Below are positions 10,209 through 18,728 of a DNA stretch of 64,000 bases, in pieces. The stretch covers positions 9,432 through 73,431 of the forward strand of contig DAVU01000014.1 of the NCBI GenBank assembly GCA_002505695.1, in the 5' to 3' direction. Origin of the DNA: Euryarchaeota archaeon UBA487. GTDB taxonomy: Archaea > Thermoplasmatota > Poseidoniia > Poseidoniales > Thalassarchaeaceae. The notes under the pieces were generated by a model, which saw nothing but the letters and a program-made list of their open reading frames with translations, was not told the origin of the DNA and made no database searches. The position numbers and the translations under genes were made by a program. Numbering within the stretch: position 1 is the first letter of the stretch; the number at the start of each line of letters is the position of its first letter.

Positions 10209-11345
10209 ATGGCAGAGATGTGGATTTCTATGGGACCTCAACACCCAATGACCCATGGTCTATGGACTCTGAAGGTCAAGGTCGATGGTGAGACGGTTGT
10301 CGATACTGAGCCCGACCTGGGATACATCCACAGAGGCGTCGAAAAAATCTGTGAATCTCGTGATTTCACACAAATAACGACCTATTGCGACAGACTGTGC
10401 TATGCTAGCGCAAACACTTGGTCGCATGCCTATATCTATGCCGCAGAGGACCTCCTTGAGGTTGAGGTGCCAGAAAGGGCAGAGTACATCAGACTGATAG
10501 CGGTTGAGCTTCAGAGAATAGCGAGTCATCTGATGTGGTTGGGGGCATATGGCCCGGACATTGGGAATCTATCGATCATGGTATGGTGTCTGAGGGAACG
10601 CGAGATGATGATGGACCTCCTGCAAGAACTCGGAGGCTCGAGAATGCATTACAACTTCCCCAGAATTGGTGGTGTGAAGAGGGACTTGCCATATGGATTT
10701 GCACAGCGAGCCAGAGCAAAGTTGGACTTATTCAAGCAGAGAATACAAGAATATGAGTCACTCTTTGACGAGAGCACAGTATTCCTCGTTAGAACACAAG
10801 GAGTTGGATATACAAAAGCAGAAGAAATGGTGAACCACGGAGTCACTGGCCCCAATGTCAGGGCAGCCGGGGTCGATTACGACGTAAGATGGGCTCACCC
10901 ATATTCGGTATATTCCGAACTTGATTGGGCTCCAGCCGTTGAGAGGTCTTCCGTCAAAGGCGCGGATTGCTACGATCGATACAGAGTGAGGGTCACCGAG
11001 ATGGTCGAGTCTGCCAACATGGTGCTTGAAGCACTTGAAAGAATGCCCGGCGGTGCCGAGACTCACTACGAGCCAGGGGATCCAGCCATCATCGCCAAAG
11101 CGCCATCGAGGGCACCCGAGGGAACATTCGGCTCCCACCATTTTGAGGATAGCCGGGGGGAATCAATGTTCCACATTGTTGGAGGGGGAGACGGACGCGG
11201 CAAGAATCCATACCGTGTGTCCATCCGGTCTCCAATGTTCATAACTATCCCCTACGCGTCAAAATGCATGATCGGCTACAAGGTTGCCGACATACCAGCA
11301 ATTATGGGCTCATTCGATCCTTGCATTGGGGAAACAGACAGGTGA
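10209..11345 (+). CDS. nuoD: Complex I-like subunit D
   Basis: MGPQHPMTHG, GYIHRGVEK, DRLCY, ELQRIASHL, GETDR C-terminus. Confidence 0.96.
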   Translation: MAEMWISMGPQHPMTHGLWTLKVKVDGETVVDTEPDLGYIHRGVEKICESRDFTQITTYCDRLCYASANTWSHAYIYAAEDLLEVEVPERAEYIRLIAVELQRIASHLMWLGAYGPDIGNLSIMVWCLREREMMMDLLQELGGSRMHYNFPRIGGVKRDLPYGFAQRARAKLDLFKQRIQEYESLFDESTVFLVRTQGVGYTKAEEMVNHGVTGPNVRAAGVDYDVRWAHPYSVYSELDWAPAVERSSVKGADCYDRYRVRVTEMVESANMVLEALERMPGGAETHYEPGDPAIIAKAPSRAPEGTFGSHHFEDSRGESMFHIVGGGDGRGKNPYRVSIRSPMFITIPYASKCMIGYKVADIPAIMGSFDPCIGETDR

Positions 11346-11354
11346 GGTGACAAC

Positions 11355-12878
11355 ATGGCAAGCAGCGATTGGCTAGACATCAGAGGCTGGATGGATTCCA
11401 TCATTGGATGGAGTTTGGATAAGACCCATCAAATCCTACCATCATCCGACATAGGTCTTGGACCCCTTGGAACGATCAACATCCAAGATGGGTTCTCCTC
11501 TATACAGAGCGCTCTGCACATATTCATCTTCACCTCGGTGATGTGTACGGTAGTGTTCGCCACCATGATGATAACCCTAATTGTGGTTCCGTACATTGAA
11601 AGAAAATTCATTGGTAGATTAATGGATAGGTTTGGCAACACGATGAGTGCACGAAGCCTATGGGTCGGAGAGGGAGGAGTGACCGCAGGTGAATGGTGGT
11701 CGGGCCTCCCACTCGGATTGGGGGCGCCAATTGGAGCAATAAACAAGGCACTCAACAAGAATTTTGGAAACGACCATCATACAAAATCCGTCACCAGGGT
11801 AGGTGACAGGGGCTACCACGGGATCTGGTTCATGCTGCCAGGGTTCGTGGCCGCTGTCGCTGACTTCGTGAAATTCAACACAAAGGCACACATCGTCCCG
11901 GAAAAGGCCGACCGTCTCGTGTTTGAGGTAGCGCCTGTCATCATAATCTCGACCACCGTTATGGTCTACGCCTTCGTACCATTCGGACCACACATATGGG
12001 CTGCGAATCCCGATCTATCATTGATATTCATGATGGCAATTTTCGGAGTAGCCCCACTTGGCGTTTTCTTCGCAGGTTGGGCCTCCAACAACAAATACAC
12101 GTTAATCGGAGGCATGAGGTCCGCCGCCCAACTCACAGCATACGAAATTCCGTTGCTGGTAACCGTGCTGGGCATAGCCGTTCTGAGCGGCTCTTTCAAC
12201 ATCATCGAAATTGTCGACTTTCAGATTCAATCCTCGGACACATGGAATCTGTTCTTAATGCCACTTGGAGCCGTCTTGTTCATTGTGACAATGATTGCTG
12301 AAGTTGAGAGAATACCTTTCGACATGCCAGAAGCCGAAGCCGAACTCGTAGAGGGATGGTGGACAGAATATGGTGGGATTCGATGGGGTCTAATGTTCGC
12401 AGTAGAAATGATGCGTGCTTATGCCGCATGCATCCTATTCGCCCTGTTTTTCCTCGGAGGATGGGAACTACCTTTCCAGGACACACTCGTGGCACTCCCA
12501 TTAGTCGGAGGCGTCTTTTCAGCACTCGCAGCGGTCACACCAGGCATTGCCATACTTTTGATCAAAGCTTACCTCATGTTTGCACTCTTTGTCTGGGTCA
12601 GGGCCTCTCTCCACAGGATTCGCACTGACCAGATCCTCGAGTTCGGTTGGAGATACCTCCTTCCCCTCTCTATACTCAACCTCGGACTGGCCATGGTCAT
12701 GAGAGTGGCCCTATGGGACGGGTCATGGCCGATATGGCTAGCCCCCTTGATGACTACCGGGAGCATACTAGTATTCGTACTTCTGGCGATAGACGAGGAC
12801 AAGGAGGCCCTGAAGAATTCCAACAGGATTTACCATACACAGACCCTCGAGAAAGCATACCCTGGAAGGAGGGACTAG
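11355..12878 (+). CDS. nuoH: Complex I-like subunit H (extended)
   Basis: GWASNNKYTLIGGMRSAAQLTAYE, ERIPFDMPEAEAELVEG, RIRTDQ; SD GAGGTGA upstream. Confidence 0.95.
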   Translation: MASSDWLDIRGWMDSIIGWSLDKTHQILPSSDIGLGPLGTINIQDGFSSIQSALHIFIFTSVMCTVVFATMMITLIVVPYIERKFIGRLMDRFGNTMSARSLWVGEGGVTAGEWWSGLPLGLGAPIGAINKALNKNFGNDHHTKSVTRVGDRGYHGIWFMLPGFVAAVADFVKFNTKAHIVPEKADRLVFEVAPVIIISTTVMVYAFVPFGPHIWAANPDLSLIFMMAIFGVAPLGVFFAGWASNNKYTLIGGMRSAAQLTAYEIPLLVTVLGIAVLSGSFNIIEIVDFQIQSSDTWNLFLMPLGAVLFIVTMIAEVERIPFDMPEAEAELVEGWWTEYGGIRWGLMFAVEMMRAYAACILFALFFLGGWELPFQDTLVALPLVGGVFSALAAVTPGIAILLIKAYLMFALFVWVRASLHRIRTDQILEFGWRYLLPLSILNLGLAMVMRVALWDGSWPIWLAPLMTTGSILVFVLLAIDEDKEALKNSNRIYHTQTLEKAYPGRRD

Positions 12879-12880
12879 AA

Positions 12881-13885
12881 ATGGAACATTATGACTTCAG
12901 GAGCGGTCACCCCCACGCCCAACCTAATTTCAGAAACCTCGTTATCAGGCCAATGTGGATAACGATGAAAACCGCTCTCAGGACTATTCCATTGATTGGA
13001 CGTTTGCCCATGCTTCACAACGACTACCACAACAAGAGAGTGAGCATGACTGACGGATTCACTGAACAAAGGATAGGGTCGGATCACGTTTCCACGAAAT
13101 GGACAGATTCAGGAGCATACGCGGCGGACAGGGAGGCCAGCGAGGTCATGCCATTCGTTGAGAGGCCTGTGACTGTCATGTATCCGTACGAGAGGCTTGA
13201 AGACCTAGAGCCATGGCTTTTCGTGCCGGGGGAATACAATGGGAGAATTGGAATTATCTGGGAGACCTGCACAGCATGCAAGGCATGCGTCCGAGCCTGT
13301 CCAAACGACTGCCTTCACATGACCTCTGAGACTAGGGTCAACGTGCTGGACACCACCACTGAGGGTGACGAATGGCATGGCTATGGTGGTGAGATCGAGG
13401 TCGGAGGCCTTGCAGCCCTACCAAAGGAGGACCCAACAGAAGCAGAGACGTTTGATCTAGTTCACGCTCACTCAGCACCTCCACAGGAATATGATTTTGG
13501 CGAGATCATCGACCTATCCGGCTCAACAGCAACAGTGAAGTGGAATGATGGGAGTGGGGTCGGAGACGTACTGGTCACCGATCTAAAACCAGCAGAACAG
13601 GACATTGTATCGGGCCGCATAGACATTGGGCGATGCATGTTTTGTGGCCTTTGCGCCGAGGCATGCCCATTCGAGTCCTTCTTCATGACGAACGAATATG
13701 ACGGGATGTCCGGCTACACACGTCAGGATCTCTGGTTTGACGCTGACAGAACTCGCGTCCTACCGTCTGTCCACAAAGAGAGAGTTGACATGGAGCTCGA
13801 AAAGAGGGCAAGGAAAGAGAAAACCAAGAGAGAGAAGAAGGCAGCCAAGGCCAAACAGGCCGCAGAGGCATCTCAGGGAGCATGA
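12881..13885 (+). CDS. nuoI: Complex I-like subunit I (2x[4Fe-4S]) with large internal insertion
   Basis: CTACKACVRACP and CMFCGLCAEACP; VTVMYPYE. The likely start is ATG 12881, just after the nuoH stop, not 12647. Confidence 0.93.
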   Translation: MEHYDFRSGHPHAQPNFRNLVIRPMWITMKTALRTIPLIGRLPMLHNDYHNKRVSMTDGFTEQRIGSDHVSTKWTDSGAYAADREASEVMPFVERPVTVMYPYERLEDLEPWLFVPGEYNGRIGIIWETCTACKACVRACPNDCLHMTSETRVNVLDTTTEGDEWHGYGGEIEVGGLAALPKEDPTEAETFDLVHAHSAPPQEYDFGEIIDLSGSTATVKWNDGSGVGDVLVTDLKPAEQDIVSGRIDIGRCMFCGLCAEACPFESFFMTNEYDGMSGYTRQDLWFDADRTRVLPSVHKERVDMELEKRARKEKTKREKKAAKAKQAAEASQGA

Positions 13886-13889
13886 TTGC

Positions 13890-14156
13890 ATGGTCAACCC
13901 CGAGGAGGCCGCGTTCCTTGTGTTCGCAGCAATCGCCATCGGCGGGGCGATAGGCTGTGTCTATGCCCGAAGAGTAGCCCATTCCCTCCTCTCACTCATG
14001 ATGACCTTCCTAGCGGTTGCTGGGGTGTTTATTCTTGCAGAAGCCGAAATGCTCGCTGCCGTACAGATCCTCGTTTACCTTGGCTCAGTTATGCTGGTAG
14101 TCCAGTTCGGAGTCATGCTCACTCGCCGCCAAATTCAGGAGGGAGACATTGAATGA
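13890..14156 (+). CDS. nuoJ: Complex I-like subunit J, N-terminal half
   Basis: AEMLAAVQILVYLGSVMLVVQFGVML matches the NuoJ TM3 signature. Start ATG 13890, within the longer 13698 ORF. Confidence 0.88.
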   Translation: MVNPEEAAFLVFAAIAIGGAIGCVYARRVAHSLLSLMMTFLAVAGVFILAEAEMLAAVQILVYLGSVMLVVQFGVMLTRRQIQEGDIE

Positions 14157-14500
14157 GGGCATTGGGAATCCTGGCAAGATTAGGGGTTTTCATTCTCGTG
14201 CTTGTTCTACTGACGGAGACCATGGAGTTTTCTGGATGGAATGACACACCAGACCCTCCAACCTCGTCATCCTTCGCAATTGCAATGCTCGATGATTGGA
14301 ATATGATGACCTTGGTACTGGGATTGTTACTTAGCATGGCGATGATCGGGGCTTCCTATCTTGTCAGAGACGAACGTCTGGCCAATCTGACTTGGGATCT
14401 CGGTCAGGATGTAGAGACCCCGGTAATTGGGATGCCCCGTGCTGCCACCAGGACCTCCAATCAAAATCAAATTTCGATCACAGGGGATGAAGAAGAATGA
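14153..14500 (+). CDS. nuoJ: Complex I-like subunit J, C-terminal half
   Basis: TM then MMTLVLGLLLSMAMIGASYL, resembling the NuoJ last helix; ATGA overlap with the N-half and its own SD (GGAGGG). Confidence 0.78.
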   Translation: MRALGILARLGVFILVLVLLTETMEFSGWNDTPDPPTSSSFAIAMLDDWNMMTLVLGLLLSMAMIGASYLVRDERLANLTWDLGQDVETPVIGMPRAATRTSNQNQISITGDEEE

Positions 14501-14799
14501 TCGACCCATCGTGGGTATCTGGTTTAGCAGCCATACTCTTCGGCATCGGCCTCATTGGGACATTCTCAAGGAAAAATGGGATAGTCGTCCTAATGTGCAT
14601 TGAATTGATGTTGAACGCTGCCAATCTGAATTTCGTGGCAGGCGCCCTGAACACCGGTGGAGTCGAGGGTTGGGTGTACACCGCGGTTGCAATTGCAATA
14701 GCAGCCGCCGAAGTCGCCATTGGCCTCGCGATCCTCTTATCACTCTACAGCACCCAAGAGACGATATCTCTGGACGAGGCTGTAATGCTAAAGAACTGA
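14497..14799 (+). CDS. nuoK: Complex I-like subunit K
   Basis: RKNGIVVLMCIELMLNAANLNFV and AAAEVAIGLAI. Confidence 0.96.
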   Translation: MIDPSWVSGLAAILFGIGLIGTFSRKNGIVVLMCIELMLNAANLNFVAGALNTGGVEGWVYTAVAIAIAAAEVAIGLAILLSLYSTQETISLDEAVMLKN

Positions 14800-14808
14800 G
14801 GTAAAGCG

Positions 14809-17112
14809 ATGAACGAGCAAAAGAATCAGGAATGGAACCTGCTTGTTCCACTGGCCCCAGCCATCGCCCTCGTACCCCTATTGGCGGTCATGGGCGTTGA
14901 GCCGATCGATCTTGGATTCGCCGCAATCGCTGCACCCCTGGCTATGTTTCCCGTAGTATTGCTAATAGGCCAGATATGGAATGGGAACGAAACATGGGTC
15001 AGTCGATTCAAGGAGGGAGGAATTCTTGCTCTATCAGCGCTATCAGTATCCCTGATAGCCGGCCTGTGGATGGTTTTGGATTTCTTGGGCGCTGGTGAGA
15101 AGAAAGCGCATGGCGACCCCCTCACATGGCTTGACTTCGATGTCCTACGCTATGATGGAACCCAGTGGAACATAGATGCAGGGTTCACAAACATCTCATT
15201 TGGTATTTGGCTCGACCCAATCAGCGCAATGCTGCTTTTCGTTGCAACATTTCTGTGCTTCCTGATATGCTGGTTTGCGATTGGCTACATGACGACTGAT
15301 GACATCAACTCAAACAGGAACCATCGCTTCTTCGCCGAATTCATCCTATTCAGCATGGGGATGTTTGGAATGGTGCTGGCTGACAGCTTCCTTTGGTTGT
15401 TTATTTTCTGGGAGATCATGGGGCTGTGCTCCTATTTGTTAATTGGATTCTACTACTGGAAGGAAAGCGCTGCAGCCGCTGCCAAGAAGGCATTCATGAC
15501 AACAAGGGTGGGGGACGTTTTCCTCATGGTAGGTCTCTTGATGTTGTATGACATATACGGATCACTCGACTTCGCAGTTGTTTTCGACAATCCCTCCACT
15601 GGGGTGGGGGAGGCCCCCGTCAAAGCGTCGGAGCTCCAACCAGCCCTGCTCATGCTTTTCATCGGTTGCGTCGGGAAATCAGCCCAATTCCCCCTCCATG
15701 TCTGGTTGCCAGATGCCATGGAGGGCCCGACCCCTGTCTCTGCATTGATTCATGCTGCAACTATGGTCAATGCTGGACTTTACCTCGTGGCCAGAATGGT
15801 GCCCTTCGTCGACGTTGATTACTATGGCGTGATGGGAATGGAGGATCTAGGAATCATAATCGCATGGGTTGGCGGAATCACCGCATTCATGGCGGCTTCG
15901 ATTGCCTTCGTACAGAATGACATCAAGAAGGTCCTGGCATATTCCACCATGAGCCAACTGGCCTACATTTTCCTAGGCCTCGGCTCCGCGTTGTACCTAA
16001 TGTCAACTGGACACAGGTACGAGGGACTTTTCGTGTTGGGTGGGGCCCTCTTCCATCTTTTCAATCACGCAATGGCCAAGGGTATGCTATTCATGGCAAG
16101 CGGCTCAGTGATCCATGAAATGCACCATGCTCACCATGAACTCCATCACCACGACGGACACGGCCCACACGATGACCACAATGAGCACTTTGACGCCCAG
16201 GACATGAGAAACATGGGAGGGCTAGCCTCCAAGATGCCAGTGACCTCAATCGCCATGATGCTAGGAAGCATGTCGATTATTGGTATACCCCTAATTGGAG
16301 GCTTTTGGTCCAAGGAAGCAATAATCGCTGAGACATGGCTGGGTGCTCTAGAGTATGAGCCACTTCTTCTTGGCCCCGCTATTCTCGCGGTTCTGACCGC
16401 CGGCATGACTGGATTTTACATGTCCAGGATGTGGATGATGACGTTTGCTGGTGAACCTAAACACAATGCAGCATCGCACGTACATGAGGAGACGCTTTGG
16501 ATAAAGACGCCACTGATCACTCTCTCCATCGTCACTGCGACAACGGGGGCACTACTGGCATTCTTCCATATCGGGGAATTCTTCAGCAGCAAAGACTACT
16601 CAATGGGCTTTGATGACCTTGACGTCACAAAAGCCCTTCAGATTGCCTTCCTCCCAGAGAAGCGGGCCCTAATGGTCGTTGGTTATGTGACGATAGCCCT
16701 CTCCACATTAGTCGGCCCAATCATTGCCATGAAAGTCCACGGAGGCAGCCTCAAAGAAGGCCAAGAAGCCAATGTGGCGGTATCATGGCTCGTCAGCCTA
16801 TCTGCGGCCTTCAAGACCATTGATGTTTCTGGAATGGCGAACAGCAGCCTTTCAGATTCACTTCGAAAGCGCCTTCATTTCGATGACTTATATGACTGGG
16901 GAATTTCAAAAACAATCGCTCCAATGGCAAAATTTTCTGCATGGTTCGACGCCAACGTAATTGACGGGATTGTGAAGCTCGTTGAAAGAACCAGCATACA
17001 GGGGTCCCATTGGATCAGGACATACACGACAGGCAGCACAAGGGACTACATCCTCATGGCCGCAGTAGGAGCCCTCTCGATTTTCATCCTCATTATGGGG
17101 GTGACCATTTGA
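14809..17112 (+). CDS. nuoL: Complex I-like antiporter subunit L
   Basis: FIFWEIMGLCSYLLIGF, GKSAQFPLHVWLPDAMEGPTPVSALIHAATMV, DIKKVLAYSTMSQL; His-rich loop. Confidence 0.97.
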   Translation: MNEQKNQEWNLLVPLAPAIALVPLLAVMGVEPIDLGFAAIAAPLAMFPVVLLIGQIWNGNETWVSRFKEGGILALSALSVSLIAGLWMVLDFLGAGEKKAHGDPLTWLDFDVLRYDGTQWNIDAGFTNISFGIWLDPISAMLLFVATFLCFLICWFAIGYMTTDDINSNRNHRFFAEFILFSMGMFGMVLADSFLWLFIFWEIMGLCSYLLIGFYYWKESAAAAAKKAFMTTRVGDVFLMVGLLMLYDIYGSLDFAVVFDNPSTGVGEAPVKASELQPALLMLFIGCVGKSAQFPLHVWLPDAMEGPTPVSALIHAATMVNAGLYLVARMVPFVDVDYYGVMGMEDLGIIIAWVGGITAFMAASIAFVQNDIKKVLAYSTMSQLAYIFLGLGSALYLMSTGHRYEGLFVLGGALFHLFNHAMAKGMLFMASGSVIHEMHHAHHELHHHDGHGPHDDHNEHFDAQDMRNMGGLASKMPVTSIAMMLGSMSIIGIPLIGGFWSKEAIIAETWLGALEYEPLLLGPAILAVLTAGMTGFYMSRMWMMTFAGEPKHNAASHVHEETLWIKTPLITLSIVTATTGALLAFFHIGEFFSSKDYSMGFDDLDVTKALQIAFLPEKRALMVVGYVTIALSTLVGPIIAMKVHGGSLKEGQEANVAVSWLVSLSAAFKTIDVSGMANSSLSDSLRKRLHFDDLYDWGISKTIAPMAKFSAWFDANVIDGIVKLVERTSIQGSHWIRTYTTGSTRDYILMAAVGALSIFILIMGVTI

Positions 17113-18728
17113 GTTTCACCGGACCCCTCAGCATAATCACCCTCGTACCACTCCTCTCCGGATTGATACTTCTTGTCCTCCCGAATGTCCTCCCCAATGA
17201 TGTCTCAATGAGGATGAAAGCTTCCGTCAGGAACGTAGCGATTGGCCTCTCATCTGCCATATTCCTTCTCACAACTTTAATTTTCATTGGGACCATTGGA
17301 CAAATAGATTGGCTGTCAATTGGCATGGGGGACTACGTCCTTGAGACTGAGGACCCAGTCTGGCTGATCGAGTCGATCGGTGTCACCTGGCACCTCGGCA
17401 CTGATGCGTTGTCCTTCCCGATGATTTGGCTCACTACGCTCCTGATTCCAATTTCCATGTTAGTTCAATGGGATGCCGAAGATGGTCATAGTTTCCATTC
17501 ACTCCTGTTAATCATGGAGGGAGCCCTCATCGGAGTTTTCGTCTCCCTTGACCTCTTTGTTTTCTACATCTTCTGGGAACTCACGTTGGTCCCGATGTTC
17601 TTCCTGATTATGATCTGGGGTGGAGAGGATAGAAAATACGCATCGATGAAGTTCTTCATCTACACATTCACAGCAAGCGTCTTGATGCTCGTTGGAATTC
17701 TCGTGATGTACTTCAACACAGTTGCAGATCCAAACTACGCAGGGACGCTAACCGGCCATCACTTCAACTTAGTATTGATGACCGAACAATCAAGGGTTGA
17801 CGGACTGATAACCAGTGAGGGCCTCAGACACTTTGTCTGGCTCCTATTGCTTATCGGCTTCGCGACAAAGATGCCCAGCGTACCAGTCCACACTTGGCTA
17901 CCCGATGCTCACGTCCAAGCCCCTACGGCGGGCTCCATGCTTCTAGCCGGTGTCATGCTGAAGATGGGTGCATATGGGTTCCTGAGGATCGCAGTTGCCA
18001 TGTTCCCAGAATCCACACTCACATTCGTTCCTCTCCTAGTCTTCCTAGGTATGGCGAGTCTGGTTTACGGGGCGGTCGTGTGTCTCGGGCAAACGAATCT
18101 AAAGAGGATGGTCGCGTATTCATCCGTCTCCCACATGGGCCTGATCTTCCTCGGGATTGCCACAATGCAGCCCCTCGGGTTTGCTGGCGCGCTGTTCATG
18201 ATGTTCGCTCATGGCATCATCAGCCCTCTGCTGTTCGCTGTCGCTGGCTCGTTCAAACACCACTACCACACGCTCGAGATCGGGTCAATGAGAGGGATTG
18301 CCCACCATTCCCCCTTCCTAGCCGGACACATGATGCTTGGTTGGATGGGTAGCCTCGGACTCCCCTTGTTGGCGGGTTTCGTCGCTGAGGTGGCGATTAT
18401 GATCGCCTTCTGGATGACGTTTGGTTGGTGGGTCCTCCTACCGGCACTAACCCTGATCTTCACTGCCCTGTATTACCTTACTTCGATGCAGAAGATGATT
18501 TTCGAGTCCGATGATCCGCACACAGGAAAACTCCCAGACACCATGCATGACGAAGAACCAAGGGACGTCACGTGGCATGAAAATGCCGGTATGTTTGTCC
18601 TCGGCGCTCTGACGATCCTATTCGGTATACTCCCGTTCATATTCTGGGACATGATGTCCGCTTGGAGCACTGAATTCATCCAGACCTACTTAGTACATGC
18701 AATGAACATGCTGGAGGCCTCTCCATGA
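17109..18728 (+). CDS. nuoM: Complex I-like antiporter subunit M
   Basis: FYIFWELTLVPMFF, KMPSVPVHTWLPDAHVQAPT, LKMGAYG, AYSSVSHMG. The likely start is TTG 17109, overlapping the nuoL stop (TTGA). Confidence 0.96.
   Translation: MSFTGPLSIITLVPLLSGLILLVLPNVLPNDVSMRMKASVRNVAIGLSSAIFLLTTLIFIGTIGQIDWLSIGMGDYVLETEDPVWLIESIGVTWHLGTDALSFPMIWLTTLLIPISMLVQWDAEDGHSFHSLLLIMEGALIGVFVSLDLFVFYIFWELTLVPMFFLIMIWGGEDRKYASMKFFIYTFTASVLMLVGILVMYFNTVADPNYAGTLTGHHFNLVLMTEQSRVDGLITSEGLRHFVWLLLLIGFATKMPSVPVHTWLPDAHVQAPTAGSMLLAGVMLKMGAYGFLRIAVAMFPESTLTFVPLLVFLGMASLVYGAVVCLGQTNLKRMVAYSSVSHMGLIFLGIATMQPLGFAGALFMMFAHGIISPLLFAVAGSFKHHYHTLEIGSMRGIAHHSPFLAGHMMLGWMGSLGLPLLAGFVAEVAIMIAFWMTFGWWVLLPALTLIFTALYYLTSMQKMIFESDDPHTGKLPDTMHDEEPRDVTWHENAGMFVLGALTILFGILPFIFWDMMSAWSTEFIQTYLVHAMNMLEASP

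Noticed and set aside
12647-12880. N-terminal extensions of ORF-track calls (nuoI 12647, nuoJ 13698, nuoM 17010, S2P 47589, vsr 33981, Lrp 49529, DUF4350-like 62175)
   Set aside because: They overlap neighbouring genes and lack family similarity; downstream starts fit the SD and overlap patterns.
13890-14500. nuoJ pseudogene by frameshift
   Set aside because: Clean ATGA coupling and a separate SD indicate two functional genes.
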